DNA of 64,000 nt from Phoronis australis. Its lineage: Eukaryota > Animalia > Phoronida. The notes beneath the pieces were generated by a model that saw only the letters and a program-made list of their open reading frames with translations, had not been told where the DNA came from and ran no database searches. The stretch covers positions 11,266 through 75,265 of the forward strand of contig NMRA01000284.1 of assembly GCA_002633005.1 (NCBI GenBank), written 5' to 3'. The first letter of the stretch is position 1. Each line of letters starts with the position of its first letter. A program made the position numbers and the translations under genes. Below are positions 1-8,839 of the stretch, piece after piece.

Positions 1-124
1 TCTTGGTTCCCCCTTTTTGCTACAGGGGGTCTTAAGTGGCTACTTATGTCGCTAAGTGGTCAGGCAAGTGGCTGTTTCGACTAGTTCACCTATAGTAAAA
101 GATTTACATGTATCTAACCTACAG

Positions 125-244
125 CGCAAATGTGAAAAGTACTGGCCAAATTTGGGGACGACCAAAGCTCACGGCGACATTAGTGTGACTCTCATACAGG
201 AAGATGTGTTACCTGAGTACACGATCAGGACCTTGTCTTTCACT
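125..244 (+). CDS. Internal exon of a classical protein tyrosine phosphatase catalytic domain (gene begins left of the window)
   Basis: Acceptor ctacag| at 124, donor |gtaagt at 245; 120-nt phase 0-0 exon translating RKCEKYWPNLGTTKAHGDISVTLIQEDVLPEYTIRTLSFT, containing the PTP KCxxYWP motif and a YTIRxL motif. Confidence 0.88.
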
Positions 245-619
245 GTAAGTTATTTTTGCTTGACATTTTCAAGATGACAGAAATTATCTCCCAGTATCAG
301 TTATTATCTCCCTTGGTACTTTATTTACTATTAGAGGTGTGTTGCAGCAGCTGTTATCGTATTGTTTTTCGAAAGACAATAACAATGTCAAGTCAGTTTC
401 TGTTGGGAAATGAGTTCCAGTGTAATCTCTTAACATTGAAGTAGTCTATAGTTGCAATAGAATAGGTATTTCATTGATCGTGACCATGTTGAGCAGATGA
501 AATTCATTTGTTCCGAACATTTGTTGTGGAGGATAAGAATGTTTCCACCTTCAGCTAAGCGTGTTGGATGAACTTCGCGCATCTCGGTGACTCAGATCTA
601 GAATTAGGTCATATACAAG

Positions 620-742
620 AGGAGCTGCAGTTCATGGTCCTTATTGCATGCTGGGATGGCTGATCTTGATGTAGCCAACCTTCTTAACTTGCCGAGAATA
701 CCAGTACTCTTCTCTGGCTAGAACCTGGCCATTGTTCACTGT
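620..742 (+). pseudogene. Probable decayed PTP exon (WPD loop to IVHC region)
   Basis: gga tgg c-t gat ctt gat gta reads GW(P)DLDV with a 1-nt deletion, then ANLLNL...SG*NLAIVHC in one frame with a TAG stop. Order and spacing match WPDxGVP...LLxF...PIVVHC, the part expected after exon 125-244. Confidence 0.35.
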
Positions 743-789
743 ATGGCCAGTCAACTTTGTAGTGTTCCTTCATTCTAGTTCCTAGAGAG

Positions 790-950
790 TGTTTAGTTCC
801 CCTATATAGGTGTGGGAGGGGTTCTCTATGTTTAAGTTTCCCCTATGTAGGTGTGATAGGGGTCTTCTATATTTAGTTTCCCCTATTCAGGTGTTGGAGG
901 GGTCCTCTATGTTTAGTACCCCTATGTTGGTTTGGGAGGGGTCTTCTTTG
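790..950. repeat. Minisatellite, ~40-bp unit x4
   Basis: Unit ~gtttagttcccctatgtaggtgtgggaggggtcctctat repeated four times with substitutions. Confidence 0.85.
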
Positions 951-1833
951 TAGCTGAGAGAGCTGGTAGACTATGCATGACTTAATTCTTGTCGTTGGGA
1001 GTAGGTTCCTTGTATCGTATAGTTGGTCAACACTTCAGCTTGTCAAAGACATGGCATCCTTCTGGGTCTGGAATGATTTTAAACATTGAGTAAATATTTC
1101 ATTTGTGAAAAATGGGTGAAGGTTGATAATAACCATACTCAAACCAGTGTGTTTGATGTGCAATGTCTGCTACATGTGTCTTACTTGGAAAGGAATGGGT
1201 AATTTTTTTAGAATGTTCTTGTATATTTTGCAGAAATTTGACGAGCTAAGACAAGTNGTGCTAAGTTTCAAAAAAATCGGTGATTTTGGGTATAGACTCT
1301 ACCTGTTGGTTTTTATGTGGAGTCACTCTTAATTAAACTGGCAGTCACTGGCCTTATTTCGGCGAATGTCTGGGAGAGATTCGGGTGAGAACTGACGATC
1401 TGTAATAAAATCAAAAACACAACGGATTGCCGTACTTTATAACTCTACAGTGAAACAAGAACCCCGTTGTAAAACAGATATCCCAGACGGTCGAAAACAG
1501 ACTCCCGCGCCTTCAACTGAAAACAGCTAACCAGCCCTAAAATCTCGAACCCTGCTCCGGTGACAGGAACACCCGGACAATTTTTCAAGGTTCGTGTTCA
1601 GTTTTCGGGCTGTGGTTAGCTATTTTGAAGTCGGCGGTATGTTTTTACACCGGGTTCCTTTTTCGATGGAATACCCTGCTCTCTAGTCAAGGCTAATAAG
1701 CCCAAGAAAATTATCCCAGAACCCCAGAAATGCAGGTTTCTGTCGTAATTTCGATAATGTCTATCTCAGCCCTGTAGTTAGGAGGTACTTGTGAACAATA
1801 AGTGTATTGGCAACCACAATGAACGCGACGACA

Positions 1834-1928
1834 GGGAAAATCCCAGTTCAGTTGGCGTGATGTCATGGGGGACTAAGACCCAGGTTCAGGTATTGAGCGG
1901 TGCTTACAATAGGTAATATTATGACTCA
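1834..1928 (+). promoter_or_regulatory. Cluster of NF-kB/Rel, CRE/ATF-like and AP-1 consensus sites
   Basis: GGGAAAATCCC at 1834-1844, TGATGTCA at 1858-1865, TGACTCA at 1922-1928; candidate splice donors at 1890 (cag|gtattg) and 1913 (tag|gtaata). Confidence 0.4.
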
Positions 1929-3541
1929 TTATTACTTTGGGGCATTCCATTAAATCGCACAATGGCGAGTATCGCAAATTTCGCGTTGCCTGTGACTTTG
2001 GGTTGGTAACGGAAACGGGATCCTTTCACGGTATGGAATATCATACAACTAGTGTCAAGAGAGTCAAAGGCCTTCTCTGGTGTTCATTTCAAGGCAGCTA
2101 AGCAGGACGAAATGTAACTTTAACGTATTTAGAAGTTTTTCATTTTCCGATAGGCAAAACGCTGAAGATGCTAACAGTAGTAAAAAGGTTCTTGTGTCGT
2201 GTTCATGAGTGATTCCACTTGGTGAGCTGATCCTTTGTAAATCAACAACAAATCACACACATCTTCCACAAATCTCAGGCTGAGTAAAGGAACGACTTGA
2301 GACGAGTACATAGCAGCTTAATTTGCATAACGTTTGTTACGTTGATCTGTTTTAGTTGAGCAATCTTCGTGGCAACAAGATCGGATATTGTCGATTTCCA
2401 ACTGCTGTACTCTGCATGGTATTCATTAGCGACACGAAAAGGCTTGTAGCTAGATGACCTTCATATAAACAGGCAGGTAATTATTACTTATTTTTGCATT
2501 TGTTCCAATCAGAAGACCCATTGCAATTATACGCGAACTCCAGTCAAGTATGTGTAAAACACGTTACCCTACAAGTGAAGTAACGGAATAACTTTGTTAT
2601 CAAGGATCGCATTGATACTAAACCAATAAAACTAAATATTTTCAAAGTCCTTGTTTATCCCACCTTCTTGCTGCGTGCAGGAAAGCGTTTCTGAGAAGTT
2701 CGTGATCTCATGATTAATTTTTATCCGAGCGACGAATTTTTCAAAAACACGATTTCTTTTCATCTATATTTTATTACATGTTTAAAGGTTATTTTTAAAA
2801 AACGATCTTTGGTAACGCAGGCGGTTATAAATCCGCTTTCCAACTCAGTAAACAACCTTTGATTTAGACCACTTTTAAACGTGGTAAAATTGATCACAAA
2901 TTGTACCTTAGTCAAATCAGAGTTTATTTCAGCACTGATAGTAGTTCATTGTTGCTGTAAACGAGCCTAGTCTGCAAGTTGGTTTGTCACGGAGTGTCAT
3001 TTTATGCGTCCAGCCTAGTCTCTAAGAAAGATCTCCGTCAGTTCTTTGCAAACATAGAGATCACTTCTCATTGGAGTAATGAACAAGTTGAGGCCAATTT
3101 TATGGCGGTAAGTAGCCTCAAACAAAAAATTTTTATTGGACGGAACGCCGCTTTATAACATGTAGGACCCAAGTAAATTATTCAGTGTTGGCTAATTACA
3201 AAACATCGTGTCTCAAAAACGGCTGTTTGGATTTATGTGAAACTTTTAGATACTACGTTTTTTGCGCTGTTCTCCAAACTTTTAGGAATTGTTTTTAAAA
3301 TGTTTCATCTGTGCATGAGGGGCAATCAAAAAATAGGACTTTTATCAGAGTTAAAAGTCAAAAGTGGCATAAAACGAAAACGAAATGATGATTTAGAAAA
3401 CTATAAGAGGCGTTTTTGAGGTTTTATCTTGAACATTAATAATATTACATGAAGTTTGGTCTTATTTTGTTGTCAATGTACCCTTCTTTTGTGCTACAAA
3501 AATGTAGTCGTGTGAGTCATTCAATGCCAGACTGCTTCCAG

Positions 3542-3802
3542 CAGTGGCGGATTTAGGTGGGAGACAAGGGGGCCATGGCCCCCCTAAAATTCGCAACCGG
3601 GCGGCTCGGAGGGTGATTAAACAATGCTTAGGCCTTGAACAAACCCCCGTTTACTTTTTTTTTAGTCAACAGGTGCGCAAACCCAAAAATTCGAGACCCC
3701 TGCATCCCCAGATTTTAGACTGGGCTCGCGCATCTGCCGAAATTCTGCTTATTCCTGTGCCCTGGCCCCCCCCCCTAACTCAAAATCCTGGATCGGCCCC
3801 TG
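3542..3802 (+). mobile_element. MITE family A copy (CAGTGGCGGAT...GATCCGCCCCTG termini)
   Basis: Terminal inverted repeats cagtggcggattt / cctggatcggcccctg; internal sequence shared with the copy at 58030-58343. Confidence 0.8.
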
Positions 3803-4837
3803 GCAAATACATACTTTTACTCAGTTACAATCTGTAGTTTTATTTTCTTTTGAAGACCGGGTTATAAGGAAAACATTGATGAAGAGGAAACTGTACGAAA
3901 CTGTCTGTGTCCATCAGTCTGTCAGGACTGCTACCGTATTTTTGATGACGGTGTACAGTGTACATGTCAAACAGATTAAGATGCTCAAAGTGCGTGCAAA
4001 TGCAATTGTAATCACAGCTTTCTTCGAGTTTAGAGTGCAAATTTGACTCATAAACCGTTTCAGGCCACCACTGCAACAAACCGAAATTCACGTTTACTCG
4101 AATAAATTTTGAAAAATTCTTGGGAGGGTGCCAAAAATCCTTGTCTCCAGTGCTCTCCCGGTTGTCCGTCAAGTTCATGTATTTCGGGGAAATCGCCTAT
4201 CCCAAACACCAAAGTGCAATAGTTGATTTTTGTAAATTTGAAATAACTCGATAATTAATTAATTAATTAATTTTGAGCGGCAGGATGATAAAATTCTGAC
4301 TTTTCAATTTAGGTTGCAAACCCCAAAATACCCATTTTCAACAAAGGAAGCAGTGTCCCTAATGCAGTGTACCAGTTAGGGAGCCCGGAACTGCACCCCT
4401 TTAAAGCGTATCTTCCAATGCATGTCCCTAATAAAGGCAATTTTTCCCCAAATTGGATTGGACCTTAATAATGTGAATCTTGACACTGAAGTGTCATTTT
4501 CTCTCTGGGAAATACATGTAGTAAGATAAATATATAAATGACGTTTCTGACGCGATTCCATCACTCATTTTGAGCTGATTCTTTTACTCCTAATATTTCT
4601 ACGGATTTCGCAGCTTGGGCTAGAAGTTCTTTTTACTTTACTTTTAAAAATTAATACACTCTGAAGAATGACTTGGATGGCACATCTCTTTGGCATCCTA
4701 ATAAAGTGAAATGTCGCTAAGAATGAAAGTCATTACCTGGCGGAGTAAATGTGTGACGTGCTCAAGTCTGGACAGTGACATTTGTCACACAGGCGCCTCC
4801 ACTGAGTTTGCGGCCCCACCCGTCAGCAACAAACTCC

Positions 4838-5445
4838 GGACGTCTGTGGCCAGGGGTGCTATGATCAGAAAAGAAGTAATCTGATTTTGGGACCACGTGG
4901 GCAAAAGTCGAATTATTTTGTGCCCCCGTTCAAAATAGTTTACCTGCCGGCTCCCTACGGACCTGCTGAAGCGATTAAAGAGGAAGACAGCTGATGGTGA
5001 GGTACAACTCGGAGGGTGCAGGCGGAGGTCAAACGGATGTCGACTAGGGTGGAGGGGAATAAAATTGGTCGACCTTGGGGGCGAAACTGTTTAGTAGCGG
5101 AGGTGAAACCGGAGTCGACCGGGGTGGGTGTGCTTTTCTCAAACCAAACCCTGGCCCCCTTCTCCAATACCCAGTCAGGACACCTATGGCAAAGGGCCAG
5201 GCTACGAAATTGGCAATGACCAGGTAGGAGAAGCATTTGACTTCGGGAACACGAGGGCAAAACTCGAATTAGTTTGTGCCCCCTTCCTCAAAAGCAGAGA
5301 CCTTCCTACGGGTCTGCAAAAGGTACGTATTAAAGAGGATGAGAGGGTAAAACTGTTGGCGGGGTGTAACTGGTGGGGATTGGGGAGGGGGGGGTGGCAA
5401 AGTGCAGGCGGAGGTAAAATAGGTGTCGACTGGGGGAGGAGGGGA
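4838..5445. repeat. Diverged direct duplication (two units ~340-390 bp apart) with three GC-rich subrepeats
   Basis: gggcaaaagtcgaattattttgtgccccc (~4899) vs gggcaaaactcgaattagtttgtgccccc (~5255); gcggaggt..aaa..gtcgac..ggg at ~5021, ~5097 and ~5408. Confidence 0.65.
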
Positions 5446-5594
5446 GCATACGTGTCCCATCCCACTAAAGAAAAATTGTCTACGCCTATGGGCATTATAA
5501 CAATATTTCATTGGACAGCACGAACTGTAAACCAGTCTGTTTTTTGTTTTGCAGTGCTATCGACGACAGACCCAAAGTATCGTGTGGCGACAAC

Positions 5595-5730
5595 ATGTCG
5601 AGTTCCGATAATTCACCCAGTTTGAATAATCAGGGGTCAACCGTTGTTGTTGCTAACAATGTTCAGATTGGCAACTACAACCAGATCATTCAAAGTCAAC
5701 CTGAAGATCATGTAGCCGATAGTGATCAAA
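5595..5730 (+). CDS. RHIM + C19orf12/Nazo-like membrane protein, coding exon 1 (RHIM motif)
   Basis: Acceptor ttttgttttgcag| at 5554, ATG at 5595 in acaacATG context, donor caaa|gtatgt at 5731 (phase 1). Translates MSSSDNSPSLNNQGSTVVVANNVQIGNYNQIIQSQPEDHVADSDQ; VQIG core at 5661-5672. The start could lie in an upstream exon. Confidence 0.72.
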
Positions 5731-6363
5731 GTATGTTTGTGTTTGATCATGTTTCTGTTCCTCAACTCTACCTGTCTATCCTACTTGCCTGTCTAACCAT
5801 GGGTCGTTACCTATTGGTCTATGCACCTGCCTGCCTGCCTGGTACACATATTTCCAGGAAAAAATCTCTGTCTGTGTATCTGTCTGTATGCCCGCCTGTA
5901 GCACTAGGGTCAGATAATTGGTAAAACACTAGCGAAAACGTAAACGAACAGCCCGCGAAGGGGTGATTTTCTTCAGCAGTATATTTCTTTACCACCCGAA
6001 TCATCGCTTTTTAAAAGAAAATTGATGTCAAAACACGTTCACTCTCTGCAATGAATTGATTAATGTGACGATAAGCAAAGGTCTTGCACCCTGCGTACTG
6101 TACTTGCGTCCTTTAAGCGGTCTGGATACAAAAGACCTGGCGAATACGCTAGCTGTTTTGGGGTAACTCAAGTCGCCAGCATACGTTCAAATGACTAGCG
6201 TTGTTTTTAGCTACTTTTCTCGATAATGTGCACCCATTGTTTGCATCCGCCGCTTCGCAGTTTGTATTCTATCCAGTATCTGTGTTGCGAGTTCGCAACG
6301 TACTTCGAAAAATGTTTTTACGATTGTTTACTATACAAATCACCAGACAGTATCCCTTCACAG

Positions 6364-6483
6364 GTAATGAGATGGAACAAGACCTTTCACAGCTACAAGA
6401 TTATGCCGAAAGGAAAGAGTTGAAAGCAATTGCACCAATCAAAAGAAACAGAGTTTATTTGCTTCTGTTCTTGATCTTAACAG
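6364..6483 (+). CDS. RHIM + C19orf12/Nazo-like membrane protein, coding exon 2
   Basis: Acceptor cccttcacag| at 6363, donor acag|gtacac at 6484; 120 nt, phase 1-1. Translates (S)NEMEQDLSQLQDYAERKELKAIAPIKRNRVYLLLFLILT(G), resembling the C19orf12 N-terminal helix followed by a hydrophobic segment. Confidence 0.68.
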
Positions 6484-7777
6484 GTACACATGGGCTGCTT
6501 TTTAACATTTTTGGTGCAAGATTGGTTGAGCACTTTGATTTATGCAGTGGCATCAAGAGATGTTAATTTTAGCTCACAACAGGTTAGGCACGTTCGCAAA
6601 TTTTACTGTCTGAGAAAAACGCAACAAGCAAAGCTACTCATCCGTTTTACGTTCGTTTAGCCTTCTGACTGGTCTTACTGAAAAGCAGACTTAAATCAAG
6701 TGTGTCTTTTTCATGCGATACTAGACTTGTCTGGATTTTTTCGCATGGATATTTTTTTAATTAAATAGGCCAACTGTGAACTCCTCCTCAGCGCCCAATC
6801 GAAACCAAAGCTGTCGCCTGGTAAAATCACATCGGATTGTGTTGTTTTATAGCTGTGGTCAAGGCTAATAACTTCAGTCTATCCCAATCAAAAGTAATCC
6901 CAAAAAATAATGTGTTTTCAGCTTTTAAACCCGATAAATGTTCCCTTAGCGTTCATAAAATGAGGGCACAGAAACTTGGAGAATGTGCTGCAAAGGTTTT
7001 GTGCAGAACACAATCCAGAAGTCAGAGCATTCAGCCAATAATAAAACCAAGGAGTTTAAGTCAACAAAGGCATTCACTGAAAACAGAAAGCCTGTGAAAT
7101 TTAGTTTTAGGCTTTATATTAAATCGAACGTTAACTGGGTCACATAAGCAAGGCTTTTATTGAAAATAAGGAAAAGTAAAAAGGTCTAATCGTAACAAAA
7201 CAGCAGTATCAACAATTAAGACCAAAGTTCGATTCATGCTCAAGATGAAATCTCCAAATCGCTATTACAATTTTCGAAGTTATCCGATTACGTCATACAA
7301 ATTTTCGGGTTTTTTTCATTATAATCTTGAAAAACCTAAAAAATTAAACACGTTTAAAAACTATTCCTAGCAGCGTTTTGGAGAATAACATGAAACGTAG
7401 TATGCAAAATTGATTAAATACACGACACTTGTCGTAGTTAACCATCTTTACTCCATTCCGTTCGTATCCTCTGTACAAAGTTCGACATTCAACAGAACAT
7501 TGGTGAAGCAAATGACCTGAGACAACATGTCTCTTTTAATCATGATGATTGAAAGACACACGATATTTCGAAACATACTTGTTTCATTCTCATCAAGTGT
7601 CGTGTATTTAACCAAATTTGTATAACGAATATCTGTTACTCAAGTATAGATGGCATAGTATTTGAAAGTTTCAAATGAATCCAACTGTACATTTCTGAGA
7701 TATGATCTTCCGCAGTCAGCCAAACCTCGGACATTTTTATATTCTCTACGTAATTATTGAATTGTCTGTGTTAACAG

Positions 7778-8229
7778 GGACGACAATGGCGCTGAACTTC
7801 GCTTTTACTTCAACGACATCAAACGAAACCAGCACACTTGTCAACTTAATGCGGGGAGTTTACGGTGAGATTCTTAACATGTTGACCCCGCCACCTCAAA
7901 TGCCTAAATTACGGATAGTTCATCCACCTCAGCAAACGGTAGAACGCGTCACGCCTGTATGCGATGGCACAGCAGTCATACTGAGTGCCTTGTCAGCATT
8001 GGTTGTGTCATGGATACCATCACTGGGAAGACGGTATGCTCTGTCTGAGTTGCTGGAACAATTGTCAAACCAGGAGAAGTCGCGCCTTAGAAAGGGGGCA
8101 AAAGAGTTGATGGAAGAAAGAAAACTTGGCGACTTTCAGACGGCTGTAGATGAAAACCGTGATGACGACATATTGGATGTTCTCAAGATTGCTCTTTATG
8201 AAACCAGTGGAATCCAGATCGTGATGTAA
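7778..8229 (+). CDS. RHIM + C19orf12/Nazo-like membrane protein, last coding exon
   Basis: Acceptor gtgttaacag| at 7777 in phase 1; open to TAA at 8227-8229. The three exons sum to 708 nt (235 aa + stop). Contains GTAVILSALSALVVSWIPSLGRRYALSELLEQLSNQEKSRL, resembling the C19orf12 core. Confidence 0.75.
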
Positions 8230-8579
8230 CAACAGGTAGTCGAATTCGACAAGAAATTTCAAAAATACTAGAAAACACTCCTCTGCGTGCCCATAATACA
8301 CTTCAGATCCCAAATAGACCCTTTACTTCAGTCCTAGATGGCCTCGAATGAGAAAATTATTCGCGGTGTAAATTTGTCTTGCGCTCTGTATTTGCTCCTT
8401 CCTCGCTACGCTTCCAGAGGCCACTTCTCATTCTATACTTACATGTGCTGTCCAGAGCTGGTGTCACAAGAGGGTAGATAATACGAGTTGCTGGTATGTA
8501 GATACTGTAGGAAACCTGGGAAGCTGAAGGGAAATTAACTAGGATAAGTGGAAATAGAACGTTGAGCCGTCAGGACAAA

Positions 8580-8839
8580 CCAAGGGTACCGTTCCAAGAA
8601 AACTGACTTAATAGCTAATACAAATCTTAAATTTATGTCAATTTTAACATAAAACTTCAACTCGTCTTAAGTTCGTTCCAGGAAAGTGATCTTAAGTTTG
8701 GCGTATGTTTTTGACCTAAGATTTTGTCTTAAGCTCGACTTACTTACCGGGTGTGGAAGTTTCAAAGTTTGGAAGTTAAGAAAAATTTTAGACTTAAGTA
8801 AATATGAGCTTAAGTCAATTTCCGGGAACGGGCCTCTGG
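8580..8839. mobile_element. MITE with ~30-bp imperfect TIRs and internal CTTAAG subrepeats
   Basis: ccaagggtaccgttccaagaaaactgactta at the left is the imperfect reverse complement of taagtcaatttccgggaacgggcctctgg at the right. Confidence 0.65.

Noticed and set aside
3544-3837. Pro/Gly-rich ORFs here and at 17055, 19305 and 57973
   Set aside because: Chance translations of GC-rich MITE family A copies.
5128-5625. 165-aa + strand ORF upstream of the RHIM exon
   Set aside because: Non-ATG start, runs through a GC-rich duplication and the polypyrimidine tract, and is in a different frame from the RHIM exon; no recognisable domain.
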